Of a stretch of DNA of 64,000 nucleotides, positions 50,182-61,500 are shown piece by piece. Origin of the DNA: Takakia lepidozioides (Eukaryota; Plantae; Bryophyta); the NCBI GenBank assembly GCA_030704615.1, contig CM060734.1:23498001-23562000 (forward strand), read 5' to 3'. The notes beneath the pieces are model-generated. The model saw only the letters and a program-made list of their open reading frames with translations. It did no database searches and was not told the origin of the DNA. The first letter of the stretch is position 1. Each line of letters begins with the position of its first letter. The position numbers were made by a program, and so were the translations under genes.

Positions 50182-53100
50182 GTGTCCCTACTTCGAGGGA
50201 GAAGCAAGCGTCGAAGAACACTGTATTTCACGTCAAACAAGGAAAGGGCACGCGCTAAGGAGAGGATGAGAAAGGCGAGACGGGAGCTTAGAATGGGAGA
50301 AGAAACCCCGCGAGATGAGGAAGAGGAAGGGCAAAAGAGGATTCAGCAACCGCAGTGTGGAGAGGAAGGTCTTGAAGTGATCCAGGAGGCGACAGACGAG
50401 CAACCTGCAATCGAAGGAGGGGATGAGGAGGAAGTAAGCTGGGCTCGGGAGGAAGCAGTGAGAGTACAGAACCTGGCCTTCAAAGACCAGGGAGAACAAA
50501 CGGACGTAGGAACGCGGCCGTCTGCCCCTGTTTCGCACCATCGCGACCTCCTTGGAAGCATGTTACCTCAAGACCGCATGGAAAAATTGAACGCGACAGG
50601 AGCATCATCAAGTGCAAAGCAGAAACCCCAGGTAGCTACGAACTTTCTTTTTCTCTCTCTGTTTCTGTCTTTTTCTCTCTCTGTTTCATGCTAAGCATTG
50701 AGGACGACATCAACCTTGCGTCAACGCAAGGTTGAAGTCGACCTCCAAAGTGTATTTGCTGGGCTCAAAACAGTGCAGAAACTGCACCACAATCTGTACG
50801 GTTTCATGCTAAGCATTGAGGTGGACATCAACCTTGCGTCAACGCAAGGTTGAAGTCGACCTCAATGCTTTTTTGCTGGGCATAAAACAGTGTAGAAACT
50901 GCACTACAATCAAGGTAGAGAGACATGGATGCTTCCGACGCATCATGGATTTCAAAGAGGAAGCAGAGACAGGAGTCTCCATTTACTGTAGATATTTGCT
51001 TCGCTGAACCCCGATAAGAGAGCTCGCAATCAACCTTGCGTCAACGCAAGGTTGATCCCAACCTGCATATTGTATGTTTAGAGCTTGTAGTGAAACCAAC
51101 AGAGGCTGCACAGGAATCAACCTTGCGTTGACGCAAGGCTGGTTTTCATGATATCTTTGCACAATGGATGCGTCCGATATCCCACTGTCCTCACTGTAAG
51201 GTAGGGAAAGTTCATTCTTCGAGGCTCCCAAAAGAACCCTGCGTCAACGCAAAACATAATTTGGGTCCAAACGTCTTTCCTGTATGCCTTTCAGTCTAAG
51301 TTACGTCCCCATCAATCAACCTTGCGTCAAAGCAAGGTTGATGCATGGGAGCTCAATCTCACACTCACAGATTATTAATTCTGTGCAGAGGAAAAGAAAA
51401 AGGAAATCCGAGGGGGAAGATTTGGCCGCTTCAGAAGGTGAAGGTGATGAAGAGTCACTGGAGGGACACTATGAAAACAAGGCCGAGGAGATAATGGGTG
51501 GGCAAAAAGTGAACTCGTCGAAGGTGATTCTGTCGATGGAGGTTCCCGGCGGAAACCTGGTCATTCCGCTTTGCAGGATGATCTCCATGCCCGCTGTTCG
51601 ACCGGCATTGAGGAACGATATAACAAAGTTGAAGAACGACTTTGTTCACGGCTATGTGAAGGGATCAGCAGTGTTCTACGTATCCACTATGAACACAAAA
51701 GGAGAGGAGTGTCTTGTAACAGAGGACATTGAGCAAAGTTGGGATGAATGCTGGCGGGATGTGAACAGGGAGTTCGAGTTCAAGCTGTCGAAGAAGACCT
51801 CCACAAAAGCATTCATGGGGAAGATGTTTTTTGTCTGGGATGGGAACCACAGACTGCTTGCCTGGATGGATTACATTTCAAGCATGCACTCGGACGACAT
51901 CGAATGGCACTGGAGCGTGGTTTCCATGGTTCTGGATCACAAAGGGCATGTCACGCAGCTCTTGACAGCCATGCACGACATAAACAAGTAAGTCTCCATC
52001 TTTGTGTCTGTTCCTCGTTTCGACAATTAGAAATCATCTTATGAGTTGACGGTTTTTCCAGGTCCAACGAAACATCTCATGTGACCACCAATCTGTGCCA
52101 CACTCTGTTCCGCATCCAGAAGGTAGGGCTGATGCCACTGGAGTCATTCACGAACGTGCTTAGTCCACAGCAGATGAAGAGGTGTGCTGAGAAGAAGACA
52201 AGCACATGGTATAGCTTGACAAGGGAGGCTTTCCTTGACTACATGTACACTGTAAGCTTCTTGACACTGCTTGCTTTTTGACACTGCAAGCTTCTTGACA
52301 CTACCTGTTGTTACTATTTTCTGACAAGTAATGACAGTGTTTCATTCTTTTTACCTGCAATGTATGCAGCAAGAAATAGCAGAAACCGGCTTGAAGGCGA
52401 AAGCTGAGTACTATGATTCCCACACTGAAGAGCAGCGGTCTGCATCTGGGCTTGAGGACACGATGAAGTTCGAGATGAATAATCAAAGGAAGAACCTCAT
52501 GAGTGCATTCGACAAACAAATCAGGATAGCAGATCCAGGGCTTGGCACAGAATTTCTGGAGCAGGTGAAAGTGCACTATGACAAGTTTGGCTCCAAGCCA
52601 GAAATGACTCAGGAGAAACTACATCGCCTTTCCATTTCAATGGTGGACAATGCAACGAAAATCAGGTGGTTGGAGATATGGAACTCGGATCCTCTTGTGA
52701 GAGACACGAATATGTTTCCAACTCCAGAGAGAGACCCGAAGACACAAGCAATAAAAGTTGTAAGCGACCAGACATTCGACCAGTGGCTACACAAAGCCAC
52801 ATTTTGGAGCCAGGTAAGGTTACCACCAAACCATTTTCAGACATGTGTGTTGCTCCGTAATTCCGCTCCCAACCTCTCCAAAATTCTTACAAGCTTTCTT
52901 GTTGCAGTTAGAAAAACGTGCAGTGGCTGCACTTGCTGAGTCGATGGCAGACTACAAAATCAAGATGGCTTGCCCCCGGATCACACTGGAGGCCTATATC
53001 AGGAGGTGGAAGCTCGCTGTCTGGAACAATTGCTTCTTCAGGGAGTTTGAAAAAGACAAAGGAATCTCCAGATCGTACGAGTTCAAAAACCAGCTGAACA

Positions 53101-55742
53101 GCGAGCAAGCAATGAAACGAGTGTTGTACAGGTGTGATCTCCTTACTCAATTGTGGTACTTGAAGGGCGTGCATCTGCAATCTTCTGTCATACTTTCAGA
53201 TTTGCGAATTTGCATGGCTTTGAGGGATCTCTGGGGGCTCTGAATGTGCTGTCCAGCAACATTGCGTTGACGCAAAGTTGTTTCCCATGGTCCTGGTTTC
53301 ACTTACCTATATCTGGGTATCCCATACTGGCGTTTTATTGCATGTGAATGGGGGTGAATGGACAGGAAAATCAGCCTTGCGTCAACGCAATGTTGATGAG
53401 ACGCAGACTATGTACCTTTTCCTCTGGTTTGGGGCAGTTCAAATCCAGATCCAATTCTGCCAACTTGAACATAACAATGTTTGGAGTCTATTTCAAATGC
53501 TATTTTCAGCTTTCACTATGCCAACAAACAGACTTGCGTTGACGCAAGGTTGTTTGGCGGTATGGATTGATGGAAATGTCCCTGTGCATCCCCCAACTTC
53601 CATGCAATTGTAGGAGACTTTCGATTATCAGATATAATATCGATGTTTGTTTCAACAGAGGAATTCAACATTGCGCCAACGCAATGTTGAATATCCATAG
53701 CAGTACATAGTGAGATGGTGGTTTTCAGGCATTGTTTCCCATTTCATCTGTGAGTGAAAACAACATTGCGTTGACGCAATGTTGTATTGCACTTGTCAGT
53801 CGTTGTCTCTATCAATACAACGTAACCACTAGGTGTTTCCCATTTCTGCTCGAATCAACATTGCGTCAACGCAAGGTTGATTCTGGACAGCAAAAGTTGA
53901 TTACCAGGTGTTCCCTTCCTTTATTTCAATATCTTCTTCTGAATGTCTGTTCTTTTCCATTTTCCGATTGACTGACTATCTGGGTTTTTGGTGTTTGATT
54001 CAGGTATATGTATCATATCCTCATACCGGGAAAGTACCTTAGCGATGACCCAGACTTCATCTATTCATGGGCTGACCCCTCCAATGAGAAGACAATGTAC
54101 ACGGCTGGTATTGCCAGAGACTGGAGCAGGGCGCACTTCAGAGACTGTGGGTGGTACCTCGACCTGCCAAAACAGGACACACCATTCGATGAAGTTGTTT
54201 TGAGAAACCTGAACGACAATGCCGCAGCGATTGCCCCATTGGCAGACAAAGACATTCAGGACAGAATCATTTCTACTCTGGCTGCAAAAGAGCCCGAGAG
54301 AACTGCCACTCCAAAACGAAAGGGGAAGACTGTCGGGGATCCTAAGGGGAAGGGGAAAAGTGCAGCTCCGCAAGGACAGGGACCGTCAGAGGTTCCTGTC
54401 AGAGAGCCTTCTCCCGCAAGGAGGGATAGGAGAACATCAAAGTCGAGGGAGCAGCCTTACGAGGCGAGAGAACATCCCTCCAGGGTTTTGGGCCAGTTCA
54501 ATCGTAGGGTGCTGAATGAAAGTTTTCTTGCAATGATGGAGTCCAGGAAGTCCACATTCAAAGGGGTGCCCTCGAAATCATGGGACATGCTTGTTTCGTT
54601 CCTCACTCAGGTAAACACTTCTGTCTAAACTGTTGTATGAATAATTGTGTTTTGGCATCTTGTTGTGGCTTTTCCAGGGGATTGATCTCCTGCTCGATTT
54701 GGATTGGGCTTCTTACACTGTCTCCTGTTTTTCCCTGTAGGTGACAAAAAATCCGGAATGGGTGAATGGAGTTCAGCAGGCATACGCGACTGACCTTGTG
54801 GTGCTGGACATTCCTGACGGTTATCCTGTCCCTGATGTGTTCCCTTCCAATTCGACCCCGACTTGGAACAAATCGGATTCTCGTTATTGGCAGTGGGCTT
54901 TCTCGTTCAGCAACAAATTCCTTTCGGACTCGGGGGCTCTTCTTCTCATGCAGTCAAAGGACATGTCGGCCCGAAGAACTCTTTTCAGCTACATGAAAGC
55001 CTCCGGGTTTCGTGTCATCAAAACTTGGACATGCATCAATACTCTGCCTCTTACGAAGGGCGAGTTCCCGGGGCAGAAAGTGAGTTGGTTCCTTTCAATT
55101 CATGTTTCGTTGTTTTTTCGGTAAATAAAAATGCTGGGTTATGCCTTCTGTCTCATGCTCTCTTCCTCATTGTTGACAGACACGGGTGTTCGAAGCTTTG
55201 TGCCTGGTGAGGCGGAAGGACACTCTTCCTCCTGGTGTTGCTGAGTTCCAGATGAGGGACCTTGCAGCTCATATTGACCCCACCTGCGAGCCTATGGAGG
55301 ATGATGTTCTCTTCAATTACGTGGACTCGGGTCGAACTATGAAAAGGTCGATTGGTGTCCCTTGGAGAGGTGCACGGGAGAAATCTCCAGCTTTCATGCA
55401 GACTTTGGTGGAGACATGCAGCCGTCATGGTGGACGAGTGGTCGACTTGTCTATGGGCACAGGTGGGGCACTTCACATTGTGATTGACATATGGGCAGTA
55501 ACCTTAGGGAAACCCTGTTTTTATTTCTCGTTCTTCTTGGATTTGCAGGAGCATGTTTTCATGCTTGCAAGAGCGCCGGAAGGCACTTCTTCGGCATGGA
55601 AGCTGATACGGAGCTCTTCTCGAGCGAGCTTCGTCAGCTTGAGTCGGACACTACTTCTACCCCATCCAAAGAGGGACTTCTGGAGGAGCCCGAAGCGCCT
55701 GACGAGGATCTGGACGTGGACTCCGATTTTGAGTGTGAGTAA
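50182..55742 (+). CDS. ~1100-aa ParB/Srx-like + beta-class N6A/N4C methyltransferase-like fusion (9 exons)
   Basis: Exons ~50182-50631, 51389-51987, 52062-52251, 52370-52813, 52908-53155, 54004-54610, 54741-55079, 55180-55462, 55549-55742; all introns are GT-AG and in phase with no stops. ParB-like AVRP..FFVWDGNHRLLAW. MTase-like DLVVLDIPDG, FLSDSGALLL, REKSPAFMQTLV, RVVDLSMGTGAC..GRHFFGMEAD. Start and last exon boundary are uncertain. Confidence 0.85.
50710..51341. repeat. Intron-1 cluster of 26-bp palindromes TCAACCTTGCGT-CA-ACGCAAGGTTGA
   Basis: Copies at 50710, 50828, 51030, 51117, ~51235 (partial), 51316; the first two lie in a 118-bp direct repeat. Confidence 0.92.
53257..53880. repeat. 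Intron-5 cluster of the same palindrome (CAAC(C/A)TTGCGT-nn-ACGCAA(G/T)GTTG)
   Basis: Copies at 53257, 53371, ~53533, 53665, 53761, 53855 in otherwise unrelated flanks. Confidence 0.92.
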
Positions 55743-56658
55743 GTTCTTCTGTAGTCGTTCAAAATATGTGGCATTTCCTTGTGTCGTTCCCGTTCGAAAA
55801 AATTGCGTAACATTGTCTATATCTGGATGTTAACATCTGCCACCATTTCTCTTGTTCCTTTCCAGAGTTCTGCACCAGTCATTGAATCAGCAGACACCTT
55901 TCGGATTCCAAGGATACTACATGTCCCCGAGTCCCCCTAGATCCAACCGCTTGCCGGTTTACGCGGAAGCTTGCGCACGGGTGTTATCCGAACAAACACT
56001 GTATTCGCATCTCCATAAAGGTCGTGGAAAAAAAAAACGTCATGTATGTGCTGCTGTATTCATAGATGATATTGCTATTAACTCTGGCAGTGGTTCCTCT
56101 GAAACCTCCAATATTTCTTGACGGTTCAAGTACTGAGGCTCAATAAATTGTGTTTTGGCTTTGCTTCCATCCCATACTGTTTTTCAAGTTCTCTGCGCGT
56201 TCCCGTAAGTACAGTTAGGGATTGCCTACGGTATTTCTTCGGAGTGCGGAATTGAAAAATGTTTGTGTGTTGGAGTGAATGTACTGCTTTGCCAAAAAAA
56301 CATTTTTTCTTTTCAGATTCAGTTCTGTAGTGGGCGATCTCCTCATTCCAAAGTCAGGATCTCCCACAAAATTCATCCGCAAACCTGCCATTGTTCTCGG
56401 CCACAAGGAATATTCATGTGGGGGCAGTAAAGAGGGATAAAAAATTAGGACATAGGGGGGGGGGGGAAGCACGGACATAGGTAAAAGGGGGGGGGGGGGG
56501 AGCACGGTAATAGGGGTGAGAGCACGGAACCGCGGTAATAGGGGAGAGGAGCACGGAATTAGGGCCTGAACACGTGGATGCTTGCTGACGTGGCGTGAGC
56601 CTAGCCAGGCTCACAGGCTCACAGGCTCACAGGCCAGGCTCACGCGCAAGCATTCCCC

Positions 56659-58096
56659 TGGTTTCTCTTCCCACTTGACCATTTAATTGTATGACTGTGG
56701 GATTATGGTCTATCTCTTCACCCATCACAACCGCTGAGATCCTCAGCTGTTTACCTTTGCTCGTCCCAGGTGCATCCACATCCATCTTATCCTCAACCTC
56801 TTGCACAATCACAGCTGCAGCTGCGCGTTGTACGCGTTTAGGACACTCGAACGCCCGATGGCCTTTCTCATGACAGATAAAACACTGACCCAACCGTCGG
56901 TGTTCTTCCTGTTCCTTCTCTGATAGGCGTTTGGTCGCTGAGGCTCCAAACTTCTGATTACCCCGAGGCTCAGTCCTTGTTGTCTTCTTATTGAACTTTT
57001 TCCAGTTCTTTCTTTTCTGACCTCCACCAAAAGGGAATGACTTCGGCTTGAAATCCCTATCAGTAGGTGCACTTGCGCCCAGATGTGCTCTGTGCTGGCT
57101 CTCAAAATTGATAGCTAGTCTATATGCATCAGCCTCTGTCTTCGGCTCATATGCCTGAACAAAAAATCTGATTGCTTTGTCTAGCGCAGTCAGGAAGAAA
57201 TCCACCCTGTCAGACTCCTTCAAGGAATAGAAGTATGAAGCGTGTTCGTCAAACTTCATCTTGTAGTCTGCCACACTCATTCTTCCCTGGCTAAGTTCCA
57301 TCAAACCCATTTTCATCCTGTGCGCATAGTCCTCTGGCAGGTACTGTTCTTTGAAGACCCGTTTGAACTTAGCCCATGTGATAATCGGGTCCACTCTCCC
57401 TTCCAGACCCGGCTTCTCTTTCATTCTAATCCACCATTCTTTAGATTTGCCTCTCATTTGCAATGAGGCTGTGCGGATCTTATCTGCATCCGTATAGTCC
57501 TCACTGAAGAACTCTTCCAGAGTCTCTAGAAAAAACAGCACCTCAGTGCAAGGCACATTTGGGCGACCATGGAATTCAGGAAGATGCGTCATCTTCCTAA
57601 TTTCCTTGTCAACCGTTCTTCTCTTAGAATCCCTTGCCATCATGGAGCGGCTATCCTGTGAGGATGCACCAGAGGCAGAACCACCTCTAGCCTCTTTTCT
57701 TTTTGTCCTAGTTCTTGCATGCAGATCATTATAGGGAGAACTTACTGGTTGGTCTACTGCTTGCTGGTCGGGTGGCACCGCCGGTGGAGTTGGATTTGCT
57801 GTAGGTCTCTTGCCAACAGCGGCTATGCCCTCCTTCACTCCACTAGCCACCGCCTCGCGAATGACCTGAGCTAGATCTCCCGCTTTCATAGTGATAAGTT
57901 CTTCTGGTACAACAATTTCTTGTGTTTTCTCAACTGCAGCCTGTGTATGGCTTGTCTCTCCTTCCATCGGCTTTGGAGATGTGCTACACCTACCTTTAGA
58001 GATTATATTCCACTGAAGCAACGAGCTTCCAGAGCCGAATGTCAATTGGCTCATAAACCACAAATCCCAAAAGGTCGAAATATGCTCTGATACCAA
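56659..58096 (-). CDS. gag: gag of gypsy-2 (retrotransposon gag domain, zinc knuckle, start of protease)
   Basis: LPEFHG, MRGKSKEWW, TWAKFKRVFKEQY, LSQGRMSVADY, CFICHEKGHRAFEC. Confidence 0.9.
58084..58095 (-). other. Primer-binding site for initiator tRNA-Met
   Basis: TGGTATCAGAGC on the minus strand upstream of gag. Confidence 0.9.
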
Positions 58097-59799
58097 GATC
58101 TCACATTCCTCAGTCTTTCAATTCCTACAGGCTCAAATAGCCCTTCGTAGTTCAGGTCTATTTGGTTTTTCCTTTCTTCTTCTTTGCACACCAATGCAAA
58201 AGCTCCTATACTTTAGGCAGATTATCACACAGTGCCAAGTAGAGCCTACAGTGGCTCTTGCCACATTCCTGTCACACGCTTAGTACTCACAATACATTTC
58301 TTCATTCCAGTCATGTACAATTACACGATAGCAACTCACGCCAAACATTTGCTCGAGTTCCAGCAATCTAAAACTCCCTGGACAGGTACAGTATGAATTC
58401 ACAACGATGGCACATGGTATTGGAACATATCCAGTCCTCCCAGCCTCCACACCATGCACGATTCTCCCCCATTCCAGCTCTGTTCTTCAATCTCATGGCC
58501 CTTTCTCGATGCCTTTTTCTCTATCCCTGTTCACAGCTCATATCTACGACTTTTCACGCCAGGGAGAGAGAGAGAGAGAATCCCTAATCTTTTCTATATC
58601 ACATCATATTCACATGTAGCCATGATCACATAGAGCCTGCCACCTCCTGCTTCATCACATGACAGCCCCATTCTTCTCGCCAGACAGTTGTTGAACCGAG
58701 ATGAACGCTTCAACGCCCCGCCAAACCTGTCACAGGTTTGAGTTCACAGGGATGTTATACTTGCTTCATTCAGTGATGTGTGTAGCTACTCAGATAATCC
58801 ACCATTTCCCGAAATGATAGTGGGGTCTACACGACATAGGTGGGAAGTCAGCCCATATTTGCACTTGGCTGAAGGGGTGATTTTTGAATGATTCTGGTGA
58901 CAGTGGATGGAAATCAGAGTGCTGTCCTATTTCTGGCTTTGGGTGGTGGAGCTTCTCCAAGGCTTGAAGATGGAAGTGAATACAAATTTTAATGAGCTTG
59001 ATGAGAGGGGCAGCCCTCTGCACAAGTTTGTTCAGCATCTTAAATTTGGACATGTTTGTTTGTTTCTTGTGATGTGGCTTTGGATGGAGCCCTTGATGAA
59101 CTTGCATGAATATTTTGCTTCAGACAGACCCTCTCGCCTGGGTTGAGTATTCTTGTAGAGTGTAGAACAAATTGTAATATTTTGAAGCAACACTGTTCAA
59201 TGAGTGCTCAGAAGGTGAAGCCCAACAGACAAGTCTACTTGATAAGATGTCATGCTGTGAAATGTAGCCAACTTATGGAGGGTTGCCCCCTCCTGACTAG
59301 GAGAGCAGTCAACCAAACATTAATCTGGTCAATATCTGGCATTAAGGGTTGGGGGGGCTACCAACAAAACCCTAGGAACTCCAAGATGCACTTCTTTCTT
59401 CACAATAATAACCACCCAGTGAACCCTGAAAAGGCAGACTTTCATACCCATATAAAGTCTTCCTCTCAAACTGCCGAGTATATGCTGTGCAAACTACCTT
59501 TTTCATTCATCATCAGTGAGTAAAACAATCATAAACAGCCAAGCGCCAATTCACCAACGTACACCAATTTCATCCAACTACATTGGCATACATATACAAA
59601 CAGAAACTATACTCTGCAATTCCCCTCGCCCATACCTGCTCTTTATCCCATTTTTTCCAGAAAATAACCATATCCCGGGCCAGCCTTCGGGTGTGCATTG
59701 GTGCACCCTTAATTATTTTCAGGGACCGCATATTCCGATTTTTAACCTGCAGGGATGAGCTGAGACAAGTCAAACCCCCCATAAACCCCAAGTCAAATC

Positions 59800-60150
59800 T
59801 CGTTCGAACACTCCCTCCACATCCTCAATGCTCCCACATTTGGCATACGTGTAATCTGGAACAATTCCAGCTTTGGCGATGCAACCATGCACCTCTTTGC
59901 CCTTTTCCAGGGCTGCCAGGCTTGCACACGCACTGCAAAAGCACAGAGAGGCGATGTGGTCGGCCTTCACCCCTTCGCACATCATTTGCTCATAGGTCTC
60001 CAAAGCCTCCATCCCGCGCCCCTACTGTGCATACCCTGCAAACATCGCGTTCCACGACACCACAACTCGTTCAGCCATAGTGTTGAAAACTCCCTTTGCA
60101 TCCTTAATGCACCCACATTTGGCATACATGTCCACCAGGGTAGTGTCATC
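59800..60150 (-). pseudogene. PLS-class pentatricopeptide repeat gene fragment
   Basis: TLVDMYAKCGCIKDAKGVFNTMAERVVVSWNAMFAGYAQ*, ACASLAALEKGKEVH, YAKCGSIEDVEGVF; in-frame stop and deletion. Confidence 0.85.
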
Positions 60151-60389
60151 CTCCTTCTCTCCTTTTCCGCGCTCAAACGAGGCTACGGCAGACATACAAC
60201 TTCTCCCTCTCGCACGGCCGTGCAGGCCATTCAAGAAAGCATCGGGGTTTTCGGGCAGTCCGGGCAGGGTCCAAACAAATTGACGTTGATGACGTGGCTA
60301 CGAAACGTGGCGACGATGACATGGCACTATGGCACCCTATTCCTGCTCTATGCTAAACTAGCTTCCGACCTTCGGTCGTCGCTAGAATA

Positions 60390-61500
60390 CCGTACTGACC
60401 TAGCTTATTAGGCAATAACTAATTCAAAATCAAATGCCTAATTAAATTTAGAATTGTTTTTGGAAAATGTGCCTAAAAATTGGAAAAATTTCCTGAGAAG
60501 TGCCTAATTGCTCGAAAATTGTGAAAAACACCAAAATATCTAAATATGTGAAAACAATGTCTAAATTGTATTATTTAAAGTCCAAAAAAATGAAAAAAAT
60601 GCTTGCAATTTATAATTTAATGTCCACATAACTTCGAAAGGCCCCGCATTCATGCAAAATATGTAGAGCAGTTCCATTTGGGCCCTGTTCATTCTAGAGT
60701 GGTCCAAGAATTACTCTGGCCAAGGAATTAGAGTGGGGGCTTATGTAGTAAGGCCATGTGTTTAAGGAATGAAATCAAGGGGTCTAAAAAAAGAAGGAGG
60801 GACGCGAGATGTATTAAATTGGCCAAATTTAGATAGGGAGTCTTGTAGGGCTGACATGTGTCAGGGACTTCTAAAAGTCCAGGGCCGGAGGGCTTCTAGA
60901 AGAGTCCACCGCCCTCATAGGGTATATAAGGGAGGTCCCCACCTCTTACTACCTACTGCTTACTAAATTAGTAAGTAGTGGGCTCTGCAGAGTTAGGGCC
61001 CCCAAAAAAAACAGCAAACATGAATCTATTAATTAGTAGAAACCACAATATACCTAGGCAACTACATCTTCATAAGTCTCATCGCCTATCTCATGTGAAT
61101 CTTCTGAATCCAAGAGAATGTTAAGGTCAAGAACATCATCATCCTCAATCTGCATGTTTGCAGGACATCGGCTCATGCTCTCAACCACATATCAAACATA
61201 ATATTTTTCTTTAAAAGAAAATTACAAGAAAATTACCTCAATAATAGTTTTTGAGGGAGGTCAAAAACTAATATCTATTTTCAAAACCATTATGTTTCTT
61301 TATAAGAAAATTACCTCAACAATAGTTTTTGAGGGAGGTAAGAAATAATTGTTCATTATTATCCAGACTGGAATACATGCCTAATGTTTGGGAAATTACC
61401 TAGGTGAGGCGTCTAAATAATAAAAACGAATCTGCCTAATAATATTCCAATTTTTTTAATTATTAGGCGCGGAAGTGCCTGATAAGCTAGGTCAGTACGG
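60390..61500. mobile_element. Non-autonomous Tc1/mariner-type element (MITE-like), 1111 bp
   Basis: 25-bp TIR CCGTACTGACCTAGCTTAT(T/C)AGGCA at both ends, flanked by TA (60388-60389, 61501-61502); AT-rich non-coding interior. Confidence 0.88.

Larger units (their letters stand above)
45274..56658. mobile_element. MULE-2: near-intact 11.4-kb GCM/SWIM Mutator-like element
   Basis: 9-bp TSD TGGTTTCTC at 45265-45273 and 56659-56667; removing the element restores gypsy GQVGRETTTVLIDPGS in frame. Short imperfect inverted ends are made of GTGAGC repeats. Confidence 0.95.
44255..58748 (-). mobile_element. Second Ty3/gypsy element (chromovirus-like RT), 3'-truncated and split by MULE-2
   Basis: PBS, gag, protease and RT N-half are collinear on the minus strand. 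The LTR extent (~58099-58748) is approximate because no second LTR is present. Confidence 0.8.

Noticed and set aside
50182-55742. Bacterial contamination or prophage as source of the ParB/MTase gene
   Set aside because: The gene has eight in-phase GT-AG introns and lies inside a TSD-bounded Mutator element
60953-60981. Helitron 3' hairpin
   Set aside because: No CTRR terminus follows and it lies inside a TIR element
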